Assembly: GCA_963761305.1 (NCBI GenBank)
Contig: CAVXGK010000002.1
Coordinates: forward strand, 2,880,001 to 2,944,000
Direction of reading: 5' to 3'
Length of the DNA stretch: 64,000 nucleotides
Origin: an uncultured Gemmatimonadaceae bacterium
GTDB lineage: Bacteria > Gemmatimonadota > Gemmatimonadetes > Gemmatimonadales > Gemmatimonadaceae
Shown: one piece after another, positions 30,446-40,355 of the stretch
How the letters are laid out: the number at the start of each line of letters is the position of its first letter
Numbering within the stretch: position 1 is the stretch's first letter
Position numbers and translations under genes: made by a program
Notes under the pieces: model-generated
Told to the model about the DNA's origin: nothing
The model's input: only the letters and a program-made list of their open reading frames with translations
The model's database searches: none

Positions 30446-31237
30446 GTGATTCGATTCGGTTCGATTGCCCGTGCGGTCACGACGATCGCGATCACCGGCG
30501 TCACGGCCCGTGCGCAGGGCGTTCCCAAGACCGGTGCCGAGGTGTTTCAGCGGATGCAGGACGCGTATGCCGGGAAGTGGTACCGCTCGCTCACGTTCGT
30601 GCAGACGACCACGCAGCGTCGTGCCGACGGGACAGACGCGGTCAGCACGTGGTACGAGACTCTGCGACAGAACGGCACCGCGACGCAGCTGCGCATCGAC
30701 ATCGGGGACCCCGCGGCCGGGACCGGGGTGCTCTACACGGCGGATTCGTCGTGGCGCGTGCGAGACGGCAAGCTCGCGGCCGCCAGCGCCGGCGGGAACG
30801 AGTTTCTGCCGTTGATCGAAGGCGTGTACTTCAACCCGGTCGCGCAGACGATTCGCGAGCTGGCGTCGACGAAGATCGACATGTCGCGCGTCGCCGAGGG
30901 TCGCTACATGGATCGCCGGGTGTGGATCATCGGGACGTCATCGGCGGCGGACACGACGACGCCGCAGATCTGGATTGACGCGGAGCGCAATGTGGCGGTG
31001 CGGGCGATTCTCAGCCCGGCGCCCAACGTCCCGGTGCTGGACATCCATCTCGACGGCTACGTGCCGATCGAGCGCGCGTGGCTCGCCACGAAGATCACGA
31101 TGACGCAGGGCGGCGTTCCGCGGCAAATGGAGGAGTACCGCGACTGGAAGGTCAACGTCGATCTGCCGCCGGGACTCTTCGACGTCGCCACATGGACGAC
31201 CGCGCCACACTGGGCAGCGGGCGCCAAACGACCGTAG
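30446..31237 (+). CDS. Secreted hypothetical protein (possible LolA/LppX-like fold)
   Basis: GTG start after GAGGG; signal peptide ending ARA-Q; WYRSLTFVQ, TWYE, LRID and EEY.D.KVN.DL...LF motifs. Confidence 0.65.
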   Translation: MIRFGSIARAVTTIAITGVTARAQGVPKTGAEVFQRMQDAYAGKWYRSLTFVQTTTQRRADGTDAVSTWYETLRQNGTATQLRIDIGDPAAGTGVLYTADSSWRVRDGKLAAASAGGNEFLPLIEGVYFNPVAQTIRELASTKIDMSRVAEGRYMDRRVWIIGTSSAADTTTPQIWIDAERNVAVRAILSPAPNVPVLDIHLDGYVPIERAWLATKITMTQGGVPRQMEEYRDWKVNVDLPPGLFDVATWTTAPHWAAGAKRP

Positions 31238-31248
31238 CGAGCTAGGAC

Positions 31249-31782
31249 CTAGTGAGACCGCGCGCCGCGCCCGAGGGGTGCGGGTGCGCTGCTCACGTCG
31301 TCGTCGTCGTGCACCATCGTTCGCCGCACGAGCTGGACGGAGGCGGCGAGGACCGCCGACCACACGAGGATCGCGGTCCCGCGAATGAGCAGCGCGTTGA
31401 GGCTCATGCCGAGCCAGTCGTCCCAATGCGCGCGGACCGTTCCGTTCGCCTCGTGGCCGAGCGAAATGAACAGCGCACTGGTGACCATCTCCGCCGCGAC
31501 TTCGATCCCGGCGAACGCCGGCGCGCGCCACAGGTACTGGTGGAGCGGGAAATTGGCGAGGTGCGCCGTCACCATGCCGAACAGGAAGATCGCGCCGACC
31601 GCGAAGCTCGCACCCAGGTAGAGCCAGTTATTGGCTCCGTGGGTGAGCATCAGGAGGCGGTACGCGCGAATGACGACGCCGGTGACCAGCGCCATCTGGA
31701 CCAGCGAATACGAGAGCCGGCGAAAAGCTCGCGGCTCGTGGATTCGGATTTCGGTGGTCTTTCGAGGGAAGAATTGCGGCAT
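31249..31782 (-). CDS. Hypothetical membrane protein (about 4 TM)
   Basis: Hydrophobic segments; HLANFP...LWR motif. Confidence 0.7.
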   Translation of the reverse strand: MPQFFPRKTTEIRIHEPRAFRRLSYSLVQMALVTGVVIRAYRLLMLTHGANNWLYLGASFAVGAIFLFGMVTAHLANFPLHQYLWRAPAFAGIEVAAEMVTSALFISLGHEANGTVRAHWDDWLGMSLNALLIRGTAILVWSAVLAASVQLVRRTMVHDDDDVSSAPAPLGRGARSH

Positions 31783-31937
31783 GGTGGCCCGTACTTAGAC
31801 AAACGAACGGGCCAAACCGTGGCAACTGCCGAGGTCGGGGAGGGCCGTTTGAGGGGGTCGCGGTGGAAAGAACCGGAGAGGTCGGACGTCGGACGTCTAG
31901 TTGCTCCGCCGCGAGCTTTCCCCGTCCACCCGTCCAC

Positions 31938-33020
31938 CTAAGTCAGAAACTCGTGCAGCAGCGAGTGAAAATGATGCACGCCGTTCTCTCGCTTGGCTGA
32001 GTAGCGACCTCGATCGTAGACCCGCGACCGAAGATTTCGCTGAACCCGCTCGCAGATCTCGACGTCCTCGTCCTGAATCTCGTCGCTGAATTCCACCAGC
32101 CGCGACCACGACGGGTCGGTCGCCGGATCCTCGGGCGGGTTCGACGCGAACCACTCGAAGACGACGACCGTCCTGTCGTGCGAGACCGGCACCACGACGT
32201 TCGTCTGCATCTGCCCGAGGTAGACGTTGAGCATGATGTTCGGGAAGACCCAACCGTAGACCGCCTCAGGCACCTTGGCGAGCGACGGGTCGTAAAAGCG
32301 CGGACTGCCCGGGCTCACGGGCTTGAGCGGCGCGTGCTGGATCGAGCTGTAGCGCTGCGGCTCCACGCGGTAGCTGTCGTAGTCGATCTCTTTGTTCAGC
32401 GTCGGGTGCACGATGGGGATGTGGTATCCCTCGAGGTAGTTGTCGACGTACACCTTCCAGTTGCACGCGAGCTCGTACTCCTTGCGCATCACGTAGCGCA
32501 TCGATTCGCAACCGAACGCCGCCACGCGCCCCGGAATCGATTCGAGCATCTCGCCGAGGGGCGGCGCCTTGCCGTCGAGATTCGCGAACACGAGGGGGCC
32601 CCACGTGTCGATGGCGACCGAGCGCAGCCGCATCTCCTCGCGATTGAAGAACTCCGCGTCTTCCATCTCCGGCGCGCGCAGCAGCTCGCCTTTGAGCGTG
32701 TACGTCCAACCGTGGTAGCGACACTGGAGCGTCTGCCGCTTGCCGCAGCCGTGCGCCACGGGACCGGCGCGATGCAAACACACGTTGTGAAATCCGCGCA
32801 GCGTGTCGCCGTCGCGGAGCACGACGATCGAGTCGTTGCCGATCTCCGCCGTGAAGAACGCCCCGTGCTCGGCCACCTGATCGAGCCTGCCGACGAGCTG
32901 CCACGTATGCGCGAACACGCGCTCGCGCTCGAGCTCCAGGTAGACGGGATCGACGTACAGTCGCGCGGGGATCGTCGACGCGCGACGGATGTCCGGATCG
33001 AACGGAAAGACGAGCGGCAT
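31938..33020 (-). CDS. Rieske non-heme iron oxygenase alpha subunit (choline monooxygenase-like)
   Basis: CLH...CRYHGW Rieske motif; NWK.YVDNYLEGYH...H iron site; ED..ICE.VQ. Confidence 0.9.
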   Translation of the reverse strand: MPLVFPFDPDIRRASTIPARLYVDPVYLELERERVFAHTWQLVGRLDQVAEHGAFFTAEIGNDSIVVLRDGDTLRGFHNVCLHRAGPVAHGCGKRQTLQCRYHGWTYTLKGELLRAPEMEDAEFFNREEMRLRSVAIDTWGPLVFANLDGKAPPLGEMLESIPGRVAAFGCESMRYVMRKEYELACNWKVYVDNYLEGYHIPIVHPTLNKEIDYDSYRVEPQRYSSIQHAPLKPVSPGSPRFYDPSLAKVPEAVYGWVFPNIMLNVYLGQMQTNVVVPVSHDRTVVVFEWFASNPPEDPATDPSWSRLVEFSDEIQDEDVEICERVQRNLRSRVYDRGRYSAKRENGVHHFHSLLHEFLT

Positions 33021-33031
33021 GTGAGAATCGG

Positions 33032-34963
33032 CTACGGCAGCGCGAACGCCTGGAGCTTGGCGCCCGTCGCCGCTCCGGTGGCGATGACCACGAACTGCTT
33101 TCCGGCCTTCGTGCGATACGTCATCGGCACCGCGTAGCCGGTCTGCCCGAGGTCGGCCGACCAGAGGGTCGACCCGTCACGCGAGTCGACGGCGTAGAGC
33201 GTCGACCCGCCGCCGGTCGCGAAGATGAGCCCCGACGCCGTCACCATCGGACCCGGCGAGCCCGCGACGCCGAGCGGCGGCAATTTGAGATCTTTGAGCA
33301 ACGGATGGTTGCGCACGCCCGGCGTGTCGCCGAACGGAACGCTCCACTTCGTGTCGCCCGTGTTGAGATCGATGGCCGTCAGCGTGCCGTACGGCGGCCG
33401 GTTGATCGGCAGCGACGGCAGTCGCTGGCCGCTGTCGCGCGCCGGCATCGTCACGCGCAGTCCCGACGCGGCGAGGTCGGCGGAATAGTCGGCGTCGACC
33501 GTGTCCGAGTGCGCCGGCTGGACGATCTTGTACATCGCGGGCGAGTTGGTCGCCTTGATGAAGATCGTCCCCGTCGTCGGATCGAGCGCGCCGCCGCCCC
33601 ACCCCGCGCCGCCGATCGCGCCCGGCATCACGATCGTCCCCGACGGCGAAGGCGGCGTGAAGATCGGCCCGAACCGAAAGTCCTTGGCTTCCTCGAGCGC
33701 GCGCGCTCTGATCTCGGGCGTGAAGTCGATCAGGTCCGCGAAACCAAAACCTTGCTTGGCGAATGGTTTGGGTTTCGTCGGAAACGGCTGGGACTGCGAC
33801 GCCTTCTCGCCCGGAACGTCGCTCGGCGGTACGGATCGTTCCTCGATCGGCCAGATGGGCGCGCCGGTCACGCGATCGAATACGAAGAGAAATCCGGTCT
33901 TCGCCGGCACGGCGACGATGTCGCGCGACTTGCCGTCCACGAGCACGGTGGCGAGCACGGGAGCGGCGGGGAGATCGTAATCCCAAAGACCGTGATGCAC
34001 GGTTTGAAATGCCCACTTGAACTTCCCCGATTTCGCCTCGAGACACACGATCGATTCGGCGTAGAGATCGTTGCCGAGCCGTGCGCCGCCGTACCAGTCG
34101 TTGCTCGGCGTGCTCACCGGCAGGTAGACGAGTCCCCGCTCGGCGTCGACGCTGAACGGCGCCCACACGTTCGTGTGGCCGGTGGTCTTCCACGATTCGT
34201 TTTCCCACGTCGCGGCGGCGGTGTCCTTCGCGTCTCGTGGAACCGGACTCCAACTCCAGGCGCGTTTGCCCGAGCGAACGTCGAACGCCTGCACGTCGCC
34301 GGGCGGATCGTTCGGGTAGATGATGCGATCGGCGACGCCGTTGCCCACGATCACGAGGTCGCGCCACACCACCGGCGCCGACGTTTCCGTGTAGTGGAGC
34401 TTGTTCACCTTCTTGCCGTTGCGGTCGAGCTTCGCCGTGAGATCCACGACGCCCGTGTCGCCGAACGAGCGAATCGGCTGCCCCGTCGACGCGTCGATCG
34501 CGATCAGGTTCCAGCGGCTGTTGATGAAGACGCGCCGCTGCTTGCCGTCGGTCCACGTCGCCACACCGCGATGCACGAAGCCGGTGCCGTTCGACGGCTG
34601 CCCCGCAGTGTACGGCTTGGGATCGTACTCCCAGAATTCCTTCCCCGTCGACGCGTCGAGCGCGACGACTCGGTTGTACGACGTGCTCAGAAACAGCGTG
34701 TCGCCGAGCATGAGCGGCGTCGCTTGAAAATTTCCGGGACGCGTTCGGAATTCGGGCTTCGGCGTCTCGCCGGTCGCCCACTCCCACGCTTTCGCGAGAC
34801 GCGCGACGTTCGAGCGATCGATGTCGGTCAGTTTCGAGAATTTGGTCGACGCGAGATCGCCGCCGAACGTCGGCCACTCGACGATCTGCGCGCGCGCCGT
34901 CGCTAGCGGCACTTCTGTCGCGGCGAGAACGGCCAGCAATGCGAGCGGTGCGGCGAGTCTCAT
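33032..34963 (-). CDS. PQQ-dependent dehydrogenase (glucose/quinate/shikimate-like), secreted
   Basis: Signal peptide; WPTFGGD, QATPL, HRGVA.W, Q.VHH.LWDYD, PPYG.LTAIDL.TG and PMTY motifs. Confidence 0.9.
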   Translation of the reverse strand: MRLAAPLALLAVLAATEVPLATARAQIVEWPTFGGDLASTKFSKLTDIDRSNVARLAKAWEWATGETPKPEFRTRPGNFQATPLMLGDTLFLSTSYNRVVALDASTGKEFWEYDPKPYTAGQPSNGTGFVHRGVATWTDGKQRRVFINSRWNLIAIDASTGQPIRSFGDTGVVDLTAKLDRNGKKVNKLHYTETSAPVVWRDLVIVGNGVADRIIYPNDPPGDVQAFDVRSGKRAWSWSPVPRDAKDTAAATWENESWKTTGHTNVWAPFSVDAERGLVYLPVSTPSNDWYGGARLGNDLYAESIVCLEAKSGKFKWAFQTVHHGLWDYDLPAAPVLATVLVDGKSRDIVAVPAKTGFLFVFDRVTGAPIWPIEERSVPPSDVPGEKASQSQPFPTKPKPFAKQGFGFADLIDFTPEIRARALEEAKDFRFGPIFTPPSPSGTIVMPGAIGGAGWGGGALDPTTGTIFIKATNSPAMYKIVQPAHSDTVDADYSADLAASGLRVTMPARDSGQRLPSLPINRPPYGTLTAIDLNTGDTKWSVPFGDTPGVRNHPLLKDLKLPPLGVAGSPGPMVTASGLIFATGGGSTLYAVDSRDGSTLWSADLGQTGYAVPMTYRTKAGKQFVVIATGAATGAKLQAFALP

Positions 34964-35005
34964 GGAAGACCGTCGAAGTGGATCGCCCTAATTGTGCATC
35001 GCGCG

Positions 35006-36604
35006 TCAGCGCTTGGGCAGACCGCGCTCGATTTCGCGCGCCGACCGGAGCGACAGCGCACAGAATGTAAGCGTCGCGTTTGCACAGCCGCCGCTGACCG
35101 CCGTCGGCGCGCCGACCACGAACAGGTTTTCGTGATCGTGCGTTCGTCCCCACGAGTCGACGACGCTCTGGGCCGGATCCGTGCCCATGCGACAGCCGCC
35201 CGCCGGGTGATCCTGGAAGTTGTCGACGTTCGTGCGCAGCACCTTCCCCTTCCCCGCGCGCGCCATCTCGTTGAACAGCGTGCGAATCGACTCCTCCGTC
35301 GGGCCGCGCTCGGCGACGGACTCCGGCGCGTCCTGGAAGGAAAGCTTCGGCAACGGGTCGCCCCAGCGATTCTTGCGGCTCGCATCCAGCGTCAGCTCGC
35401 TCGAGCGGTCCGGAATCACCTCGTAGTAGGCACGGACGCGTGCCGCGCCCGTCGCCGTTCGTGCGCGCCAGTCGTCGAGGATGGCGTCGCCGAGCATGAG
35501 CGCGCCCGAGTCGTCGACCAGACGCGCCGTCTTGCCGACGGACGATTCCCAGACGCGCAGGTCGTGGCGAATGAATCGCGTGCCGGGGCGCGTGCGCATG
35601 AACTGCTTGGTGACGAGACTGTGCTGCTCGTTCATCCCGGGGTACAGCTTGATCGGCAGGTCGACGTATCCGCCGACGTTGCGATGCCCGGTCAGGTATT
35701 TGCCGACGAGCTTCGACCGATTGGCCACGCCGTCGGGCGCGTCCTTCTGCGCCGAGAGGAGGAGCAGATGCGAGCTCCAGGTGTAGCCCGCGGCGACGAC
35801 GAATATCTTGGCGTGAAGTTCGACCGGCGTGTCCGGCTGATCGAAGCTGGCGGCGATGGCGTATGACACCGACTTCCCGCCCTCGTCGAGCACGAGCTTG
35901 CGAACGAGCGTTCTTGGAATCAGCTCGATTCGCCTGGTGCGGAGCAGCGCGCTCCACGTGAAGTCCGGCGAGTACTTGGCGCCGATCGGGCAGATCGGTG
36001 CGCAGGTGTCGTTGCGGCAACACTCCGGCCGGCCGCGGTACGCCGTCGAATTCTTGGCCGACGGCTGGCTCCACATCGGAATACCGGACTTCGCCGCCCA
36101 CGCCTTGAGCAGCTCGAGATTGTACGTGAGCGGAATCGGCGGCATCGGGAACGGCTTCTTGCGCGGATCGAGATCCGCGGGCCCCTGCTCGCCCGCGACG
36201 CCCATGACCTCTTCGGCTTCCTGGTAGAACGGATCGAGTGCGTCGTAGTCGATCGGCCAATCCGTCCCGACGTCGTAGAGCGTGCGTTGCTTGAAATCCT
36301 CGGGCGAAAAACGCGGCGTCACCGCGCCCCAGTGCATCGCCAGGCCGCCGACCTGCATCGAGCGCGACTGCAGCGGACCTTCGATCTCGTATCCCTCCAA
36401 GTGATCGCGGCCCCACGGATTCTCGCCGTAACGAAGGAACCGGTCGCGCGCCGCCGGGCGCGCCGTCGGCGGCACCGTGTTGTCCCCCGCTTCGACGACG
36501 ACGATTCGCGCCGTCGTCGTTCGCGCGAGACGGTCGGCGACCATCGCGGCGCTGATCCCCGAGCCGATGATGCATACGTCGCTCTCGACGACTCGCCGTG
36601 TCAT
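35006..36604 (-). CDS. GMC family FAD oxidoreductase
   Basis: DVCIIGSG, VEAG, VGG...HW, CCRNDTC...CP, VGKYL..H, H..G.CRMG and NATLT motifs; ATGA overlap with the upstream gene. Confidence 0.9.
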   Translation of the reverse strand: MTRRVVESDVCIIGSGISAAMVADRLARTTTARIVVVEAGDNTVPPTARPAARDRFLRYGENPWGRDHLEGYEIEGPLQSRSMQVGGLAMHWGAVTPRFSPEDFKQRTLYDVGTDWPIDYDALDPFYQEAEEVMGVAGEQGPADLDPRKKPFPMPPIPLTYNLELLKAWAAKSGIPMWSQPSAKNSTAYRGRPECCRNDTCAPICPIGAKYSPDFTWSALLRTRRIELIPRTLVRKLVLDEGGKSVSYAIAASFDQPDTPVELHAKIFVVAAGYTWSSHLLLLSAQKDAPDGVANRSKLVGKYLTGHRNVGGYVDLPIKLYPGMNEQHSLVTKQFMRTRPGTRFIRHDLRVWESSVGKTARLVDDSGALMLGDAILDDWRARTATGAARVRAYYEVIPDRSSELTLDASRKNRWGDPLPKLSFQDAPESVAERGPTEESIRTLFNEMARAGKGKVLRTNVDNFQDHPAGGCRMGTDPAQSVVDSWGRTHDHENLFVVGAPTAVSGGCANATLTFCALSLRSAREIERGLPKR

Positions 36605-37194
36605 CGGTCCGGCGCTCCGAGCAGGAGCAGCGGTTTGCGCGCCTGCTGCGCCAGCGGGCGGCACGTCTGTTTGCCAATGCGCGACTGATAGCACAGGTCC
36701 GTCGCGGAGGAGCTCTCGTAGAAATGCGCCAGCAGCGCGACGGCAACGTGATCGGCGTCCACGACGCTCGGCATGCGGTCGAGGCGTTCGCCCTTGAGCG
36801 CATCGCGCACCAGATCGGCGCGGTCGGCGACTTTCAACGTTTTGAACGGCCGCGCGAACTTCGACCGTGCCGCCGCGTCGAGCGCATCGAGCTGCGACGT
36901 CCAGCGCGTGACGGGCGTCGGGCCCGTCGTACGAAGGCGCGACGTGCCGTAGCCGTGCAGCAGCTCGGCGTCTTCGTGATAGCCGGTTCCCCAGTCGCGA
37001 AACGCCGCGACGGCGCGCGTGATTCCCGCGCGGCCGAGCGGCGACGGAAGCACGGCTTCACCGAGCGCGTCGAGTGTAGCGGGGTCAGAGGCGAGATGCC
37101 GAACGGCGGCGGCGTGGGCGCGCCGAACGATGATCGTGAGTGGAACCGCCGCGGCGAGCGAGGCGAGAAAGCGTCGGCGCGAGATGCCCGTCAT
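36601..37194 (-). CDS. Tat-exported gluconate-2-dehydrogenase subunit-3-like protein
   Basis: ISRRRFL Tat motif; translationally coupled to the GMC gene; F..L..A.R...V motif. Confidence 0.65.
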   Translation of the reverse strand: MTGISRRRFLASLAAAVPLTIIVRRAHAAAVRHLASDPATLDALGEAVLPSPLGRAGITRAVAAFRDWGTGYHEDAELLHGYGTSRLRTTGPTPVTRWTSQLDALDAAARSKFARPFKTLKVADRADLVRDALKGERLDRMPSVVDADHVAVALLAHFYESSSATDLCYQSRIGKQTCRPLAQQARKPLLLLGAPDR

Positions 37195-37234
37195 GCGGGC
37201 AAATGTGCGCGGCGGCCCGTCGCCTCCGACAGGG

Positions 37235-38095
37235 TCACCGCACCCAGTGGCCGAGGCGCGTCCAGCGAATGTCGGTGATGAACGAAACCGGGCGGTCGCT
37301 CACCTGGCCGGAGCATGGGTCGTTCGAGTCGTCGGGCCCCGGGACGTACGAGTAGTACACGAACAGCGGCCGTCCCCTGATGTTGTCCCGCGGCACGACG
37401 CCCCAGTAGCGGCTGTCCTTCGAGCAGTAGCGGTTGTCGCCCATCATGAAATACCGGTTGGCCGGAATGATGAGTGGACCCCAATTGCCGAGCGTGGGCT
37501 GCGCCGGCGGCGGGCCGAAACGGGTGTTCTTCGCCTCGATCGTGTGCTGCCATTCGAAGTTCGCGGCGACCGAGTTGTTGTCGCCACCGGGGTTCGACGA
37601 CGCGAACGACTGACGCTGCGGAACGCCGTTCACGTTCAGCAGACCGTCGCGCATGAAGAGCGTGTCGCCCGGCATGCCGATGAGCCGCTTGACGAGCGTC
37701 GGGGTGAAATCCGGAGCGTTGTCCGCCTGGTACGGCGACACGAATACCATGACGTCGCCGTGCTTGGGACTCGTGTAGCCGGGGAGATGCGAGTTCGTGA
37801 ACGGGATCGTCGGGCCGTACGCCAGCTTGTTGACGAAGAGCCAATCGCCCACGAGGAGCGTGGGGATCATGCTCCCCGACGGAATCCGAAAGGCCTCGAC
37901 GAACAGCGTCTTGATGAACAAGTAGATCACCACGGCGCCGGCGATCGACTTGACGTTTTCCCAGAACACGCGCCCCGCGGGGCGGGCGGGTTTCTTCCCG
38001 CCGTCGCGCGCCTGCGAGACGACGTTCTTGGGTTTGTTGCCCGTCGCTGACGACGGTTTGCGAGACGGATCGGGCGACGGTGACGGTTTGGCCAT
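37235..38095 (-). CDS. lepB: Signal peptidase I
   Basis: F.IPSGSM.PTL..GD, VKRLIGMPGD, MMGDNR..S.DSRYWG motifs. Confidence 0.95.
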   Translation of the reverse strand: MAKPSPSPDPSRKPSSATGNKPKNVVSQARDGGKKPARPAGRVFWENVKSIAGAVVIYLFIKTLFVEAFRIPSGSMIPTLLVGDWLFVNKLAYGPTIPFTNSHLPGYTSPKHGDVMVFVSPYQADNAPDFTPTLVKRLIGMPGDTLFMRDGLLNVNGVPQRQSFASSNPGGDNNSVAANFEWQHTIEAKNTRFGPPPAQPTLGNWGPLIIPANRYFMMGDNRYCSKDSRYWGVVPRDNIRGRPLFVYYSYVPGPDDSNDPCSGQVSDRPVSFITDIRWTRLGHWVR

Positions 38096-38169
38096 GAGGC
38101 GTCGAGCGGTGGTTGCGGGACCACGAATCTAGTGATTCGTACGGCGCGCGCGGCTCGGCCGTTTCTCGA

Positions 38170-38214
38170 GGAAAGCAGCAGGGGGACGAACTCGCGAGCG
38201 AGTTCGTCCCCCTG
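38170..38214 (-). terminator. Terminator-like hairpin downstream of the SWIB gene
   Basis: Perfect 16-bp stem 38179-38194/38199-38214 with a 4-nt loop; weak U-tract. Confidence 0.65.
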
Positions 38215-38232
38215 GCTGAGGCCCGTCAGATC

Positions 38233-38583
38233 CTACTTGACGTGTCTGCTGACGAGCTTGGTCATCTCGAACATCGAGACCTGACCCTTCCCGCCGAACA
38301 CCGCCTTGAGCTTGTCGTCGGCGTTGATCATTCGACGGTTCTTCGAGTCCTGGAGCCCGTTCTTCTTGATGTACTTCCAGAGATTCTTCGTGATCTCGGT
38401 GCGGGGCATCCCGTTGCTGCCGACCACCGCCGAGAGCGTCGCATCCGGCTGCACCGGCTTCATGAACGCGGCGTTCGGTGTGCGCTTCTTCGCGACCTTC
38501 TTCACCGCGCGCTTCGCCGGCTTTTTGGCGGCTTTCTTGGCGACTTTCTTGGTGCTCTTTTTCGCCTTCTTCTTTGCAGCCAT
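38233..38583 (-). CDS. SWIB/MDM2 domain protein with Lys/Ala-rich histone-like N-terminus
   Basis: AKKKAKKSTKK tail; PNAAFMKP, RTE..K.LW.YIKKN.LQD..NRR.I..D.KL..VF and MFEM motifs. Confidence 0.92.
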   Translation of the reverse strand: MAAKKKAKKSTKKVAKKAAKKPAKRAVKKVAKKRTPNAAFMKPVQPDATLSAVVGSNGMPRTEITKNLWKYIKKNGLQDSKNRRMINADDKLKAVFGGKGQVSMFEMTKLVSRHVK

Positions 38584-38762
38584 TCTCACTCCCGGTAGAT
38601 GGAATGGTGGGATCGTCTTCGCGAGGACGGGCGATTCTCCTATGAAAATCGCCCGCCTCCGCGGGCGAAAAGTATAAGCATCGGCGCAGGACGCAATAGG
38701 GAAATCACTCGGTTCCCCTCTGAGAATCGGCATTTTTCAGAGGGAACGACGTCACTTCCGCG

Positions 38763-40355
38763 TCACTTGAGACGGTCGCTCAGCCAGTCGGCGATGGCGC
38801 CGAGCACCTCGGGACGCACGTGCAGCGAGGGAAGTTTGGTGTAGCGCAACGCGCCGTTGGCGTCGGCGAACGCACCGTTCGAGTCGGCCAGGAAGAGGTG
38901 GTTCGTCGCCGGAAACATGCGCACCGTGACGTCGGTGTTCCCTCCGGCACGAATCGCATCGGCGAGCGTTTTCGCCTCGGCGGGAGGCACCTGGCGGTCG
39001 GTTTCTCCCTGTACGATCAGCACGGGCGTCTTCACTCGACGCGCCGCCGTGACCGGGTCATACGCGAGGAAAAACCCCAGCCATCCACCGAGGGCGGCGA
39101 TCGAGTCCAACGAGCGGCCCGCCCGAGCGAGCGCCGTGTCTCGCATCGGCCCGCGCACGTGCGCCACGCTGTCGATCGCGTAGCGGTTCTGCTCCATGAC
39201 GATCGCGCGGCCGCGCGACGCCGTTCCGGCCATCAACACGATCGCCCGGAGCTTGGGATCGCCCACGGCGATCATCGGCGCGATGATTCCCCCCTCGCTG
39301 TGCCCCACGATGCCGATGCGGCTCGCGTCGATCTCAGGACGGCTGCGGAGGTACGCGATGCCGGCCCGAATGTCGTCGGCGAAATCGGCGCTCGTCGAAT
39401 TTGACGAACCGGCATCCGAACCACCGACGCCGCGATCGTCCAGCCGCAGCACCGCGATGCCTCGCCGGCCGAGCGTGTCGGCCAGCTCGCGGAACGGGCG
39501 ATAGCCGGGAATCGCTCCCGATTGCTCGTCGCGATCCTCCGGCCCGGAGCCCGTGATGGTGATGATCGCCGGCGCCTTGCCCGAGGGACGCACGCGTGGA
39601 ATCGTCAGCGTCCCGGCGAGGTGCAGACCGGCCGGCGTCGTGACGACGACGTCCTCGGCCAGATACGGCGCGTTGGCGGGCGCCGCGTAGTCGGGGCGTT
39701 CGACGCGCAGTGAGCCGAGCGCCGGTCCACGCGTGATACGGATGCCCTGCGCGGGAATGACGCCGCCGAGCACACGCCCGGTAGGCGAGACCGCGAGGTC
39801 CATCATCACGCTCGCGTACTGCACGCGGACCGAATCGGCGTCGAGGCGGTGCACGGTGCCGGCGAACGGTTGCGGTCCACCGATGACGAAGATCATCACG
39901 GACGCCGGATCCGTCCCGATGGCTCGAGCGCGCATGACGATCTGCTCGATGAATCCGACCGACGGATTCACGATCGCCAGAGCGCCGGCGATGCTGGGAA
40001 TCTTCGCCGGACCGCCGGCGCCGATCTTGGCGACGATCGAGTCGCCGTCGAACGTGAAGCTCGCCGGGTCGCCCGCCGTGTCGCCGACCGAGCGATAGGT
40101 CCGCAGGTCGACGTGCGTGACGAGCGCGAGGTTGTTGAGCGTCGCGTCGTAGGTGACGCGCACGTTCCGCAGCCGGTCGCGGAATTCGCCGGTGAGCCGC
40201 CCCGCCGTGCGGGTGGCCCGTTCGTCGAAGATCGTGTCGCCGCGCAGCAGCAGGTAGAACGACGACTGGTCCGGCTCCTGTGATCGTACGGCGTGCGTCG
40301 TCGCGGCCGAAGCCACGAGGGCGAGCACGGCGGGAACGCATCGGGTGAGTTTCAC
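38763..40355 (-). CDS. Secreted alpha/beta-fold hydrolase
   Basis: GTGA overlap with sdpI; signal peptide; GSGPEDRD, DDRGVG.S, GHSEG nucleophile, D.QV and NHLF motifs. Confidence 0.88.
   Translation of the reverse strand: MKLTRCVPAVLALVASAATTHAVRSQEPDQSSFYLLLRGDTIFDERATRTAGRLTGEFRDRLRNVRVTYDATLNNLALVTHVDLRTYRSVGDTAGDPASFTFDGDSIVAKIGAGGPAKIPSIAGALAIVNPSVGFIEQIVMRARAIGTDPASVMIFVIGGPQPFAGTVHRLDADSVRVQYASVMMDLAVSPTGRVLGGVIPAQGIRITRGPALGSLRVERPDYAAPANAPYLAEDVVVTTPAGLHLAGTLTIPRVRPSGKAPAIITITGSGPEDRDEQSGAIPGYRPFRELADTLGRRGIAVLRLDDRGVGGSDAGSSNSTSADFADDIRAGIAYLRSRPEIDASRIGIVGHSEGGIIAPMIAVGDPKLRAIVLMAGTASRGRAIVMEQNRYAIDSVAHVRGPMRDTALARAGRSLDSIAALGGWLGFFLAYDPVTAARRVKTPVLIVQGETDRQVPPAEAKTLADAIRAGGNTDVTVRMFPATNHLFLADSNGAFADANGALRYTKLPSLHVRPEVLGAIADWLSDRLK

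Noticed and set aside
33177..36803. 1208-aa alternative-frame ORF, and similar long shadow ORFs such as 14331-16145, 59643-61757 and 43273-44910
   Set aside because: These are Arg/Ala-rich off-frame or antisense products of high-GC coding DNA overlapping well-supported genes.
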